DNA of 64,000 nt, from IMG/VR virus record IMGVR_UViG_3300031344_000001. The stretch is one strand, 5' to 3'. How positions within the stretch are numbered: position 1 is the stretch's first letter; every line of letters begins with the position of its first letter. Of the stretch, positions 1 to 10,284 are shown one piece after another. This DNA comes from a virus. Lineage: Duplodnaviria; Heunggongvirae; Uroviricota; Caudoviricetes. The position numbers were made by a program, and so were the translations under genes. Below the pieces are notes generated by a model, which was given only the letters and a program-made list of their open reading frames with translations, made no database searches and was not told the DNA's origin.

Positions 1-153
1 GCTGGCGGTTCGGGATCGGGCACCGGGAACCCGGGCGGGGCCGGCTCCATGGGCACCCTGATCTCGATCCAACCGGCTCGCCGCGGCGACCGAGGCGACC
101 GCGGCGACCGCGGCGATCACGGCGACCACGGCGATCACCGCGATCACCGCTAG
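1..153 (+). CDS. 3' end of a Gly-rich protein ending in (R/H)GD repeats (partial)
   Basis: Frame 1 open to TAG at 151-153: AGGSGSGTGNPGGAGSMG...RGDRGDRGDRGDHGDHGDHRDHR*. Confidence 0.5.
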   Translation, partial: AGGSGSGTGNPGGAGSMGTLISIQPARRGDRGDRGDRGDHGDHGDHRDHR

Positions 154-165
154 ACCTGCCTGTCA

Positions 166-197
166 CGCCCTCGGCGTTTACCAAAGCGCCGAGGGCG
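166..197. terminator. GC-rich hairpin between convergent genes, probable bidirectional terminator
   Basis: CGCCCTCGGCG (166-176) / CGCCGAGGGCG (187-197) perfect 11-bp inverted repeat. Confidence 0.6.
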
Positions 198-263
198 ACT
201 GATATCAGGCTGCGGTTGCGGTCGCCACAAGCGCCGTCAGCCCCAGCTCCGCTCGCCAAGGCA

Positions 264-1553
264 CTACCTGCATGGCTTGAGCACCTTCGTCACGGCGGAC
301 AACCGCGTCTCCCCGACCTTGCAGTCCATGTCGTCGACACCGAACGACACGACGACGCGGTCACCGTCGATTCCCATCCCTGCGGCGAACTCAATGCCGT
401 TCCGGGCGAGCTTCATCGGCTCGCTCACAGCCGTCATCTTGCCGCGAGCGTCGACGACGTACCAAGTGTGCCAATAATACTTCTTGCCCCCGACGAACTT
501 CATCTCGTGGCCAAGGCCGAGCCAAGCGTCATCGCCGATCCTGACGAGCTGCGTGCCACCACGCAGCCCGTCGTACTTCGGCATGTGCCCACGCGAGGAC
601 CCCAACACGCGTGTCGAAGCGCTGCTCGTGCTCGTGCGCATCGCGCCGGATCGCGCCGCGGGCGTTCCCACGGAAGGCCGCGCAGAAGGGCGTGAGGAGA
701 GCGCGTCGAGCGCGAGCCTCCTGCCACGCACGAGTTGCACGTCGCCGCCGCCACCTCGAAAGCGCCTCAGGTCGACGACCTTGGGAACCTTGGGGCGTTC
801 ACGCCGATCCTCACGATCGTGACGATCGTCGTGCGTCTCCAGCTCCTGTGGTGGTGGTGGAGATGCCTCGTCACCCCCTGGACGCAGCACGAAAGCCTCA
901 CCGCCCGCGAAGATCTTCGCGGCACACGGACGCACGACCGCCGCGTCGCCGTGAACTGCCCCCTTGTCGTCGAACATCGAGCCCGCGCTGATCGAGTACA
1001 GGAAGCGTGGCTCCTCGCAGTGGTCGAACGGCACCCAGTTCTTCTGGGGCGACCCACTCCAGCCATCACCACGAATCGGTCGTGCCGCAACGATGTTGTA
1101 GGCGTCATCGAACGAGAGCAGCACCTGCTCAGGAGGCTGATGCTGTGGCGAATCCTTCGCGTGGGCTCCTCGATCACGATTGAGGTGCAGCGACGCAGCG
1201 ATGCCCTGAAGACCGCCCTTTGACGTCCAAAAGATCCGCATGTCCTCATAGCCAACGTGCGGCGTCGGCACGCGCGGGTAGTCGTCATGCTCATGCATCT
1301 TGAAGATCGAGATCGGCTTCCACGACGAGGGGTCGAGGACCACCATCGCGTTCTTGGTCTGCTGCCCCGTCGGCCGCGCGTTCTTGCTTCGGATCGTAAC
1401 GCCGTCGGGCATCGCGTAATCGCAGCACCGAAGCACGCACCTCCACGTCGACCCGTCGAAGTGAATGCTCGGGTTGAAGGACCAGAAGCCGTCGTAGGGG
1501 CGCAGTGAGATGTCCGTGACCGCCCACGGAATGACGTCCTTGGCATCCTTCAT
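264..1553 (-). CDS. Five-bladed beta-propeller glycoside hydrolase/phosphorylase-like protein (GH130/GH43-like) with a low-complexity insertion
   Basis: Motifs SFNPSI, EDMR, QKNWVPF, RGGT, IEFAAG, VSFGVDD; start taken at MKDAKD (1553) to avoid overlap with upstream gene. Confidence 0.6.
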   Translation of the reverse strand: MKDAKDVIPWAVTDISLRPYDGFWSFNPSIHFDGSTWRCVLRCCDYAMPDGVTIRSKNARPTGQQTKNAMVVLDPSSWKPISIFKMHEHDDYPRVPTPHVGYEDMRIFWTSKGGLQGIAASLHLNRDRGAHAKDSPQHQPPEQVLLSFDDAYNIVAARPIRGDGWSGSPQKNWVPFDHCEEPRFLYSISAGSMFDDKGAVHGDAAVVRPCAAKIFAGGEAFVLRPGGDEASPPPPQELETHDDRHDREDRRERPKVPKVVDLRRFRGGGGDVQLVRGRRLALDALSSRPSARPSVGTPAARSGAMRTSTSSASTRVLGSSRGHMPKYDGLRGGTQLVRIGDDAWLGLGHEMKFVGGKKYYWHTWYVVDARGKMTAVSEPMKLARNGIEFAAGMGIDGDRVVVSFGVDDMDCKVGETRLSAVTKVLKPCR

Positions 1554-1621
1554 CTGGTCCCAGTTTTCGCACAGAATCGGAACTGCCGATCGGTCCGAGA
1601 TCTTTCGTTTGCGCGGCGCGC

Positions 1622-2446
1622 TTACGCGCCGCGCCACACGTGGCCGACGCGCGCGGTCCCACGACCCCACACGCGCCCCACGAACTCGGCATTGCGCATG
1701 GTGTCCTCGAGCCGATTCTGAAGCCCGTAGCGACTGGGACTACGCGCGAAGCGCTGCAAGCCGGCTCCCATCTGCGCGACCGGGAAGGCGACCGCTTGCT
1801 GACGGAACGAGCTCCAGCTCACCGGCGCTCCGTGGAGCCGCGCGATCTTCGGGAGCAACTCGCTGATCACGCCCGGGAGGGAGTGCACCTGCTTGACCGA
1901 CGATCCAAAATCAAAGCTGCTCTCCGGCCACGCGACGCCGGTCTGCGCGAGGACGTGGCGCACCTCGTCCCGCGCCGCCCGCGCTTTGCGCACCCCCGAG
2001 CCCACCTCCGCTTCGACCTCTTCAGGCGAGAGCCACCCGATGTCCGTCGAGCGCCCCGCCACCTTGCTCTTCGCGCAGATCGCACGGAGCTGTTCCAACG
2101 ACGCGCCGAACTTCGCGTCGTCGGGGAAGTTGAGTTGGAAGATGCCCGCCTCCGAGGACATCCCGGGAGAGCACGTGTCTCCACCGCTCTCGATCAAGAT
2201 CCACTGGAGCAAAGCGTCGACGGGTAGATCGCCGGCGCGAGCGGCTACGGCTCCTCGCCAGCGCTCGACGAGCGGCGGGAACGGACCGCCGGGACCGACC
2301 TGCCCCGGACCGACGGGGGCCGGGCGCTCGCGTGGGGATCCGAGTGACGAGGCAGACGCGCCCCTCGAGAGCAGCAGGATCCCGAGGCCCGCGATCGCGC
2401 CGACACCGAGCACTGCTCCGAAGGAGCGATCGCCGCGCGCCACCAC
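1622..2446 (-). CDS. Membrane-anchored lytic transglycosylase (SLT-like)
   Basis: N-terminal TM helix, Pro linker, WILIESGG catalytic-Glu motif followed by GIFQL. Confidence 0.65.
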   Translation of the reverse strand: MVARGDRSFGAVLGVGAIAGLGILLLSRGASASSLGSPRERPAPVGPGQVGPGGPFPPLVERWRGAVAARAGDLPVDALLQWILIESGGDTCSPGMSSEAGIFQLNFPDDAKFGASLEQLRAICAKSKVAGRSTDIGWLSPEEVEAEVGSGVRKARAARDEVRHVLAQTGVAWPESSFDFGSSVKQVHSLPGVISELLPKIARLHGAPVSWSSFRQQAVAFPVAQMGAGLQRFARSPSRYGLQNRLEDTMRNAEFVGRVWGRGTARVGHVWRGA

Positions 2447-2451
2447 GAGGG

Positions 2452-3546
2452 CTAGCCCTGGACAGCGCCCTCGGCCACCTGCGGCGCAGCCGGAGCCGGA
2501 GCCTGGGCCTGCACCAGTGCCTCGATCTCCGCCAGCTGCGCCGCCTTGATCGCGGCGACCTCCGCCTGGTTCTGGACCACGGCGCGCTGGCCGTCCATCT
2601 TCACCTGCACCATCGGCAGCGGGCCTCCCACGCGCGCCACGCGGCGCGGCGTCAGCGAGACGTTCCCCACCCTGCGGCCGCCGCCCGGCCGCGGAGCGAC
2701 GAAGCCGCGCGCCGGAGCCGGGCGCGCCGGAGCCGGGCGTGCCATGACCGGACTCCCCAGCGGCGTGTACGCGGCGGGCGCCACGTACCCAGTGGCGCGC
2801 ACCACCGGGATCTCGGCAGGGGCGTCGAGGAGGTCAGCTGTGACCACCTCGGAAGTGACCTGCTCGGTCGCCGCGGCGCACGCCTGGTCGATCACGAAGA
2901 TCGTGTCCTCGGCGAGCTTGACGTTGTCGGCCACGGTCTCCGCCGTACCATCACCCGTGCGCTGCTCCCCGAGGTACTTGTCGACGAGGTGCCGACAGAG
3001 CATGAGCTGGTCGATCGACAGCTCGGGTCCCTGCGGCGCGGTGTGCGCCTGCACCTGAGCCTGCGCCAGCTGCCGCGGGTACACCTGCCGAGGGGCCGCG
3101 GCGCGCGCGCCACGCGGCGCGCTCAAGACGGGCGTCGCCGCAGGAATCTGCGGAGGGCCTCCGTGGACGTTGGACAGCGTCTGCACCTGCGGCCCGTTCC
3201 CCGTCATCTTCACCTGCACCATCGGCAAGGATCCCGCGTTGACCCCGCTGGGCCTGCCGTCCTTGATCACGACAGAACGGTTCTGACCGTCGTCGAGCTG
3301 CGGGCCATTCCCCGTCATCTTCACCTGCACCATCGGCAAGCCCCCCGTCTGGAGGGCGCTCTTGGCGTCTCTCGGGGGCAGGATCTGGACGGGACGCTGC
3401 TGACCCTCCTGAACCTGCGGCCCCGCCGGGGTCATCTTCACCTGCACCTGCGAGAGCGCGCCCGTGCTCACGAGCGGAGGCTTCGATACGCCAGCGGTGG
3501 CGTTCTGAACGATCGCGGAGGTCCTGAGCAACGTAGTGTCGGCCAT
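2452..3546 (-). CDS. Hypothetical protein with four (LPM)VQVKM(TGNGPQ) repeats
   Basis: 364-aa ORF, GAAAGGA RBS, internal repeats. Confidence 0.75.
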   Translation of the reverse strand: MADTTLLRTSAIVQNATAGVSKPPLVSTGALSQVQVKMTPAGPQVQEGQQRPVQILPPRDAKSALQTGGLPMVQVKMTGNGPQLDDGQNRSVVIKDGRPSGVNAGSLPMVQVKMTGNGPQVQTLSNVHGGPPQIPAATPVLSAPRGARAAAPRQVYPRQLAQAQVQAHTAPQGPELSIDQLMLCRHLVDKYLGEQRTGDGTAETVADNVKLAEDTIFVIDQACAAATEQVTSEVVTADLLDAPAEIPVVRATGYVAPAAYTPLGSPVMARPAPARPAPARGFVAPRPGGGRRVGNVSLTPRRVARVGGPLPMVQVKMDGQRAVVQNQAEVAAIKAAQLAEIEALVQAQAPAPAAPQVAEGAVQG

Positions 3547-3576
3547 AGAGATTCCTTTCGAGGTTTCGAGTCTACG

Positions 3577-4479
3577 TCAGAGCGCCAGCTCGAAGATCAC
3601 AGACAGCTTCATCTTGTGACCGGACTCGTTGTACACGCTGAAGTATTGAGCAGCGTTGGGGACGTCGACGCGATCCTGGTGATCGGACACGAAGAAATCT
3701 CCGACGCCGTGCTGCCCTTCGGGGTCCTGCCAGAAACGGATCCAGCCGACCGTGAGCGTCGGCTTGGACTGGTGATGGCTGCGGCACCCGATGAGAACCG
3801 CGACCTTGGAGAGCTTCGGCAAGTCGAGCACGAGGCTGTCGGCCTTGTCGTCGACAGCACCCACGAAGATCGTCCGCTGCGCGTGGGACTCAGCGAAGCC
3901 CGGTCCGACGTGCGCTGCGAGGTAGTACGCCGCGCTGGTGCCCTCGATATCGCCGTGCTCCTTGCTCTGCGAGACGAGCGCGCGCACGCGCAAGAACGAC
4001 GCCGTCACCGTCAGCGTCACGCCATTGACGTAGTCGACGACGACCGACGTAGACACGCCGCCAACGCCGAACTCGACGAGAGCCTCGAGGGGCGGCCACC
4101 GGATCGAGTGCTCCGTCCCCGGGAAGGGGCCGGCCGTGACCTCCACGTTGGTCTGCTCTCCGGTCAGGTTCTGCTGGCCCAGGATTTCGCTGACCCCCTC
4201 GAACGAGAGCGGAATCACGCGCGGCGGATGGAGCGTCACCACGAGTTGCAAAGCGTCGAGGTCGTCACCCTCGACGTTGATCATGTCGACCTCGGCCTCC
4301 TGCGCGACCGCGACGTCGTTGTTGTAGACGAGGATCGAGCTCTTGCCGAGAACCCCGCCCATCGCGAGCCGCCCGAAAGGCGAGAGCCCAGGGCGATCCT
4401 CTCCGGGACGCGGGGGGAGCCCGTTGTTCGGATAGAGCGGCTCGATATGGAGCTGTCTGGGAAGGCGCGGATCGCTCAC
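3577..4479 (-). CDS. Beta-rich hypothetical protein, candidate structural (penton/minor capsid-like)
   Basis: 300-aa ORF with alternating hydrophobic strand pattern; in structural block; function inferred. Confidence 0.6.
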   Translation of the reverse strand: MSDPRLPRQLHIEPLYPNNGLPPRPGEDRPGLSPFGRLAMGGVLGKSSILVYNNDVAVAQEAEVDMINVEGDDLDALQLVVTLHPPRVIPLSFEGVSEILGQQNLTGEQTNVEVTAGPFPGTEHSIRWPPLEALVEFGVGGVSTSVVVDYVNGVTLTVTASFLRVRALVSQSKEHGDIEGTSAAYYLAAHVGPGFAESHAQRTIFVGAVDDKADSLVLDLPKLSKVAVLIGCRSHHQSKPTLTVGWIRFWQDPEGQHGVGDFFVSDHQDRVDVPNAAQYFSVYNESGHKMKLSVIFELAL

Positions 4480-4482
4480 AAG

Positions 4483-6045
4483 TCAGCCCCTCGCGGCGCG
4501 CGGGAGCCGCGGCGCGCTCGAAGGCTCCGTGAACGTCCCGGCGGACGGCTCCGCCAGGCGCGAGCCCGACGGCGTGCGCGATCGGGACGACGGCGACCGG
4601 CCCTTGGGCTTCACACCCACGTAGAGGAGCGTCCCTCCCACGGCGGCACCGAGGACGATCAGCGCGATCTTCCCAGCAGAGAACCCCGACGATGGCGGCG
4701 GCGACGACATTCCCTCCGTCGGAGGGGCTGAACCACCGTCGGCCGAGATCGAATCAGGCGACGGTCCACACCCCTGCGGTCCCGACGAACTGTCCGACGG
4801 GTCCGCCGACGGATCCGGTCCCGGGTCCGATGTTCCTGACGTCGGTGGCGCCCCACCGGGCTGCGCCCCACCGGGCTGCGCCCTCGGCAGCGGCCCTTCG
4901 CCACGCTGGTGAGGATGGTGGTGGTGGTGGTGCCTCTGGGACCCTTGCTGAGGTCCCGGCGGGCGTGCCACGCCGAACGGCGACGACCTCGGACCCACGC
5001 TCGGCGACGAAGGCCCCCACATCGGAGGCATCGGCGCGCTGGAGGGCATGGCCCAAAGAGGCATCCCTGGCGGCATTCCCGACGGCATCGGCGGCATGCC
5101 CGGCGGCATGCCCGGCGGCATGCCCGGCGGCAGCCCCGGGTGCATGCCCGGGTGCATGGAAGACGGCGCGACTTGCGGAGGTGGCGCCGGGCGTAGTGGC
5201 ACCGGAGGGCTCACCGGGTGCGTGGGGTACGAGGGATGTGGGGGCGCCGAAGGACCCGCCGTCGCCTGCGGAGGGTGCGGAGGGGACGGCGGCATGCGCG
5301 GCGGCTCGACCAGTGGAGCTGGCGGCGGCGGAGCGTCCTCGGGCACCGGAGCGGTGGCGTCCGCCGCGCTCTGTACCTGGTGGAAGATCGCCAGCCAGAC
5401 CTTCGCCATCTCCGCGTCCTGGGGGATGGTCATGTCGAGCTTCTGACCCGGCTTGTAGTGCGTGGTCGCCCAGAAGCGCTCGTTGGTCTCCTTGTAAAGA
5501 GCCGCGAGCGCCTCCTTCTGCGCCTGGTCCTGCGCGTGAACGTCGTGCGCGTGCCTGTGCGCGCGTTTGTGGACATGCTCGTGCGCGATGTGCTCGTGCG
5601 CGGGGGCCTGCGGCGGCGGCGGATTCTTCGCGACCTCCTTCGAGGCGTCCTTCACCAGCGTGGGCGAGACCGTCGGCGGCTGCTTGCTCGCCGCGTCGCG
5701 CGCCTTCTGCGTGGAGATCTGCTGCGCGGTCGTCGCTGCCGCGATGTGGACCTGCGACGTCGCGGCGTCCGGCGCGGAGGCCGCGACGTCGGCGTGCACC
5801 CCTGCCGCACTGTTCGCCACCGCGGCGTCCGAGAGGTGCTGCGCGACCTCGGGGTGATCGAACGTCGTGACGAGCTTGCCCCCCTCCGCCTCGCTCTTCA
5901 CCTTGCGGAAGATGTCCTGCCAGACCGGCTCCATCGCCTTGTCCGTCGGGATGCGGGGGTCGAGCTTCTGGCCCGGCTTGTAGGCCGTTTGCGCCCAGAA
6001 CCGAGCGTCGGTCTCCTTGTTCAGAGTGTCAGTGCTGATCGCCAT
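4483..6045 (-). CDS. Pro-rich membrane protein with duplicated ETxx[11 protein letters not shown] domain
   Basis: Two ~45-aa repeats, PPGM repeats, C-terminal TM ([19 protein letters not shown]) and basic tail. Confidence 0.75.
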   Translation of the reverse strand: MAISTDTLNKETDARFWAQTAYKPGQKLDPRIPTDKAMEPVWQDIFRKVKSEAEGGKLVTTFDHPEVAQHLSDAAVANSAAGVHADVAASAPDAATSQVHIAAATTAQQISTQKARDAASKQPPTVSPTLVKDASKEVAKNPPPPQAPAHEHIAHEHVHKRAHRHAHDVHAQDQAQKEALAALYKETNERFWATTHYKPGQKLDMTIPQDAEMAKVWLAIFHQVQSAADATAPVPEDAPPPPAPLVEPPRMPPSPPHPPQATAGPSAPPHPSYPTHPVSPPVPLRPAPPPQVAPSSMHPGMHPGLPPGMPPGMPPGMPPMPSGMPPGMPLWAMPSSAPMPPMWGPSSPSVGPRSSPFGVARPPGPQQGSQRHHHHHHPHQRGEGPLPRAQPGGAQPGGAPPTSGTSDPGPDPSADPSDSSSGPQGCGPSPDSISADGGSAPPTEGMSSPPPSSGFSAGKIALIVLGAAVGGTLLYVGVKPKGRSPSSRSRTPSGSRLAEPSAGTFTEPSSAPRLPRAARG

Positions 6046-6132
6046 GAGGTCTCCACGTGGCAGGAACGCGCGTCCAAAAACACCGCGCCCAGGGCGGAGG
6101 GCTAGATCCTAACACGGCGACGATCGATCTGA

Positions 6133-7110
6133 TCAAACGCGCCGCGAGCGGAGCGCGTCCCCCACGACGTCTTCGAGGGAGCGCCGCGGGCGCCAGTCGA
6201 TCTTCTCGGCAGCGCGTCCCGCGGCGGCCACGAGCACGGCTGGATCGCCCGCGCGCCGGGGACCCACCGCGTGCGGGACGCGGCAGCCCGTGACGTCCGC
6301 GACCGCAGCGAGCACCTCACGCACCGTCGAGCCCCGCTCAGATCCGAGATTCAACTCTCCGACGACCTCACCACGCTCGAGCGCGGCGATCGCCGCGAGG
6401 TGGGCGTCCGCGAGGTCCTCCACGTGGACGTAGTCGCGCACGCACGTGCCGTCACGCGTCGGGTAGTCGTCGCCATGGACGACGAGCGGCGGACGGCGGC
6501 CGATCGCGGCGTCGATCGCCAGCGGCACGAGGTGCGTCTCCGGGTCGTGGCGCTCGCGCAAGGAACCGTCCGGGTGCGCGCCGGCCGCGTTGAAGTAACG
6601 AAGTGCCGCCCAACGGACCCCGCGGGCGTGCCCGTACGCGGCAAGCACGACCTCGGCCGCGAGCTTGCTCGCCCCGTAGGGACTGATCGGTCGCCGCGGG
6701 GAGTCCTCGACGATCGGGGATCGTCCTGGCTGCCCATACACCGCCGCGCTCGACGACAGGACGAAGGCGAGTGGACGGCTCGTCGCCGATGTCGCGGCGT
6801 CGAGGAGCGCCGTCGTCTTCGCGAGGTTCTGCTCGAAGTAGAGCGCCGGATCACGGACCGACTCGTCGACGCGGATCCGCCCCGCGAAGTGGACGACCGT
6901 CCCAACGTCCCGCGTGTCCACGAGCCGTCCGACGAGTTGCGCGTTGCTAACATCGCCCACGAAGCGTTCGATCGCGTCTGGAAGCCGTGGCCACGTCGGC
7001 GACGTCGAGAGGTCGTCGATCGCAACGACGCGGTGCCCCGCCGCGTGGGCAGCACGCGCGAAGTGCGACCCGACGAAGCCCGCGGCACCCGTGACGAGGA
7101 TCGTCGTCAA
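6133..7110 (-). CDS. galE: UDP-glucose 4-epimerase
   Basis: GAAGFVG NAD motif, HFAG, SSSAAVYG, YGASK (YxxxK), LRYFNAAGA, PETHLVP, DGTCVRDYVHVEDLA. Confidence 0.93.
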   Translation of the reverse strand: MTTILVTGAAGFVGSHFARAAHAAGHRVVAIDDLSTSPTWPRLPDAIERFVGDVSNAQLVGRLVDTRDVGTVVHFAGRIRVDESVRDPALYFEQNLAKTTALLDAATSATSRPLAFVLSSSAAVYGQPGRSPIVEDSPRRPISPYGASKLAAEVVLAAYGHARGVRWAALRYFNAAGAHPDGSLRERHDPETHLVPLAIDAAIGRRPPLVVHGDDYPTRDGTCVRDYVHVEDLADAHLAAIAALERGEVVGELNLGSERGSTVREVLAAVADVTGCRVPHAVGPRRAGDPAVLVAAAGRAAEKIDWRPRRSLEDVVGDALRSRRV

Positions 7111-7305
7111 GACTTCGACCTTTCAACCCCCATGCTTATCCGGTCTCCCATCAGGTGCGCCTGATCGCGTCACACATTTCGCATTGCTGCACACGGCCTC
7201 GTACGAGCCATTTCCACCAGTGGCCGGTCAGCCAACAATAGGGACGCAAGAGATGACTCATGTTCTAGCGCCTCGGCTGGGTAACCGGATATGGCACGCT
7301 TTCAG

Positions 7306-8250
7306 CTATGCCCCGCTGGGAGCACCAGGCGGACGCACGCCTGGACCGCCTGGACCGCCTGGACCGCCTGGACCGCCTGGACCCCCGCCCTTCTGCTCGG
7401 GCGGGTTGAGCAGGTTCACGATCTCCATGAACAGGATCTTCTGGGACATGTCCAACATCTGCATGAGTGCCCCCTTCTGGTCCTCACGCAGCGACGCGAG
7501 AAGCTCACCGATCAGCATCGCGAGAGGCGTCGCCCCCTGCGATTCGCCGCCGGTCCCGATCTTCGCGGCGACGACCGTACCGAGTTGGAGAAGCTTCTGG
7601 AACCCGGCGTTGGTGCGCGCGTTCTTTTCCGCAGCCATCGCGATCTGAAACTCGCGGTCCATCTTGTTCGAGCGCGCCTCCTCCAACTCCTTGCGCAGGG
7701 TCGCGCTCTCCGCCGTCAGCGCCGCAACCTGCTCGTGCAGGCTCATGTTCTGCTGACCGAGCACGCGGATTGTGCCCTCGAACATCTGCGCGTTGATGCG
7801 CATGAGCTGGCTTGCGTGGCTCGCGATCACCTGCTGATCGCGTCCGCCGCCTCCGCCGCCTCCGCCGCCTCCGCCTCCGCCGCCTCCGCTGGGCACCATC
7901 GACGTCTCGTCACTGCCGATGTAACCCGGGTAGAGCGCGAACGACAGCGACGCCTTGGTGCTCCCGTGCTGGCGCGTACGCACCACGAAGCGGTGCTTGC
8001 CGGGGGCCTTGGCATCCGCCTCGCTCTCAGCGATGTCGATGATCTGGACGACGAGCTTCTCGATGTTGACGAACTCGGCGAAGAACTCAGGCTCGTCGGC
8101 GCGCTCCCACTTGCGCACTTCCTCGTCGCGAAAACCTTGGCCCGGTGAGTAGAGCAGGTCGACACCAACGAGCTGGCGGTTGTCCTTGCGCGCCCACTCG
8201 CTCATGAGGAAGCCCAAGATCTTGCCGTGGATCTCCGCGGTGTCGGCCAT
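7306..8250 (-). CDS. Hypothetical coiled-coil protein with poly-Gly linker and GPG tail
   Basis: 314-aa ORF with protein-like composition; AAAGGG upstream. Confidence 0.75.
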   Translation of the reverse strand: MADTAEIHGKILGFLMSEWARKDNRQLVGVDLLYSPGQGFRDEEVRKWERADEPEFFAEFVNIEKLVVQIIDIAESEADAKAPGKHRFVVRTRQHGSTKASLSFALYPGYIGSDETSMVPSGGGGGGGGGGGGGGGRDQQVIASHASQLMRINAQMFEGTIRVLGQQNMSLHEQVAALTAESATLRKELEEARSNKMDREFQIAMAAEKNARTNAGFQKLLQLGTVVAAKIGTGGESQGATPLAMLIGELLASLREDQKGALMQMLDMSQKILFMEIVNLLNPPEQKGGGPGGPGGPGGPGGPGVRPPGAPSGA

Positions 8251-8315
8251 GCGACCCTTTTAACACGGCCCTCTCGTGCACCCCTCAGTGCACCCCTCAG
8301 ACACAGATCTCGGGT

Positions 8316-9104
8316 CTACCTCACACTCTCGTGCAACTCCTCGCGCAAGATCTCCCTCAGGGCCTCACGATCCTCAGAAACCCGCGCCCTCGTGGCGAGG
8401 TTGCGAAGCCCCGCGTAGAGCCCTGCCGCCCCCATGATCGCGACCGCCGAGAGCACGCCGATCTTGAGCACGCCGAGGATCGCCGTCGCCTCCGACCCCT
8501 TCCCCTCCGCGCCCTTCTGCCAGATCGTCTTGGGGAGCGGCACGAGCTCGGCGCTCTGGAGAATGATGCCGTGAGCGCGTGCCAAGCCACGCAGCTGCTT
8601 GAGCCGGTTCCACCACTCCTCGAACGTCTCCCAGGTCGTGGCGACCTTGGCCCACCACGATCGCCGCTCGTGCGCGACGAACTCGTTCCACTCGTCGATC
8701 GTCGGCGTCACGTCCGCGGCGAACCACTGCACGTTCGCGGTCGCGTTTGGATGATCCTTGTTGGACGTCTGCCACACGGCGAGGTCGTCTGCGAGCGCGC
8801 GAAAACCCGTCGACAGCTGCGCGATCGCGCGGTCGCGGTCGGCGACCGTGTGGAACAGCTCCTGACCGATCTCGGTCACCGGTCTACCAGCCTCCGATCG
8901 TCCACCGATCGCGCGCGAGGCTGTCCACCAGCGATCGGCCCCACGCCCGGCCTGCGCCACGTCGTCTACGATCGGCAAGATTGGACGGAGAACCGCGCCG
9001 ACTGTCCGATCGCGAACGTAGTCCACCGCGTGGTCGGTACCCCAGCCGAGAGCCCAGTGCCGATCGCGGTCGAGGGGCCCGTAGGTGCCCCGCTCACGGC
9101 TCAT
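8316..9104 (-). CDS. Membrane protein, paralogue of 13043-14056; N-terminal RGTYG motif
   Basis: Shared [FY]H[TS]V.D...A..QL...W..L..LR..A...G...P.T domain and C-terminal TM. Confidence 0.75.
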   Translation of the reverse strand: MSRERGTYGPLDRDRHWALGWGTDHAVDYVRDRTVGAVLRPILPIVDDVAQAGRGADRWWTASRAIGGRSEAGRPVTEIGQELFHTVADRDRAIAQLSTGFRALADDLAVWQTSNKDHPNATANVQWFAADVTPTIDEWNEFVAHERRSWWAKVATTWETFEEWWNRLKQLRGLARAHGIILQSAELVPLPKTIWQKGAEGKGSEATAILGVLKIGVLSAVAIMGAAGLYAGLRNLATRARVSEDREALREILREELHESVR

Positions 9105-9556
9105 GGCAGTCTCCCGCGACGCGCGCAGTGCCCGTACTCACCGCGAACGTTTTCAGCCACGCGGGAGGCGCTGACCGCAGCATCCTTCCACACTTCAATC
9201 CCGGCGCGCTTGAACAGGTCCATCGCCTGGTCAGCGAGACCCTGGATCACGTCTCCGCGGATCCACAGGTTCACGTCCGCGCGTCCCCCTGCCTTGACGC
9301 GCGCGATCGCTTCGTCGAGCGAGTAGATCTTCGCGCTGGGGTCGTCATCGCGCAGGCGAAAGATCATCGGTCTCCCTGGGGACGAGGGGCCCTGCATGAC
9401 GAACGAGAGCCGCCTCTGATCCTTGGGTCGCGACACCGCCCCGCCGCCCCCGCCGCCGCCGCCGAAGCCCAGTCCCGTGACAAGGAGGTACAGCCCAAAG
9501 CCCACGACGCCACCGAGCGCAACCTTGCCGAAACCTTCGGTCATCGCGTCAGTCAT
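9101..9556 (-). CDS. Small membrane protein with C-terminal RGEYG motif
   Basis: N-terminal TM plus poly-Gly; ATGA overlaps with both neighbours. Confidence 0.7.
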   Translation of the reverse strand: MTDAMTEGFGKVALGGVVGFGLYLLVTGLGFGGGGGGGGAVSRPKDQRRLSFVMQGPSSPGRPMIFRLRDDDPSAKIYSLDEAIARVKAGGRADVNLWIRGDVIQGLADQAMDLFKRAGIEVWKDAAVSASRVAENVRGEYGHCARRGRLP

Positions 9557-10284
9557 CCGCCGAGGACTCCCTTCATGATCGGGTCGATCTTCTCCCAGAT
9601 CTTCGAGCAGGTCACCAACCCGAAGTACCCGCCCTCACCCGTCGAGACGATCAGCTTCAACTCCAGGACCCTCGGATCCCAGACCGCGTGGAGCTTCACG
9701 TCGTACTGGTGCGTCTCGATGTCCCAAGGGTTGTCCCCAACGACCGACATGCCCTCGGCGCGCAACCGCGCCAAGAGTTGATCGACGATCTGTGAGGAGA
9801 CCCCCGCGTACGATCGGACACCGCACTGCCCCACGCCGAGGTGCGCCAACGCCTGCGCGATCTTCTCCGAGCGCGCGAGCACCTGCGCGGCGCTCTTCAC
9901 GACCTCTTGCCGCTCAGCCTCCGTCCTCGCGTTCTTGGCCGCTTCGGCAGTGTGCTTCGCAGCTACCTGGTTCGCCGCCGTCGCCGCCACCGCATGGTCG
10001 GCGCTCGCGTCCACCGCGGCCTGCGCGGCAGCGTGGTGAGCGTCCGCGACGGCCTGCGGCGCGCCGGGGGTCTGGCGCGTAGCGTCGGCCACCTGCGCGT
10101 GGTTGCCCGCGGTCACGGAGGCCGCGCTCGCATTCACGAGGTGCGCGTCCGCCGCGACGTGCGCATCGTGCGCGGCGCGGATCGCACGCGCGTAGGCGTC
10201 GACGCGCGTGTGCACGCGGGGGGAAAACTCGTACACCGTCAGCCCCACGCCGAGGCCGAGTGCGAGGAGGATCAAAAGGCTCAC
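9553..10284 (-). CDS. Membrane-anchored Ala-rich helical protein
   Basis: N-terminal TM, Ala-rich coiled segment, globular C-terminus; coupled to neighbours. Confidence 0.7.
   Translation of the reverse strand: MSLLILLALGLGVGLTVYEFSPRVHTRVDAYARAIRAAHDAHVAADAHLVNASAASVTAGNHAQVADATRQTPGAPQAVADAHHAAAQAAVDASADHAVAATAANQVAAKHTAEAAKNARTEAERQEVVKSAAQVLARSEKIAQALAHLGVGQCGVRSYAGVSSQIVDQLLARLRAEGMSVVGDNPWDIETHQYDVKLHAVWDPRVLELKLIVSTGEGGYFGLVTCSKIWEKIDPIMKGVLGG

Noticed and set aside
79-150. RGD repeats as integrin-binding motifs
   Set aside because: Simple 9-bp repeat expansion degenerating to HGD/RDH; no eukaryotic context
2332-4731. 799-aa plus-strand ORF (and similar long ORFs such as 11214-13463, 18458-19981, 4692-5870)
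   Set aside because: Arg/Ala/His-rich antisense shadows of coupled minus-strand genes, expected at this GC content
7292-7307. TGGCACGCTTTCAGCT sigma54-like site
   Set aside because: Points antisense into the 3' end of a gene with no downstream plus-strand gene; probably chance
8276-8299. 12-bp tandem duplication GTGCACCCCTCA upstream of 7306-8250
   Set aside because: Two copies only and not seen elsewhere; could be an operator or slippage, not distinguishable
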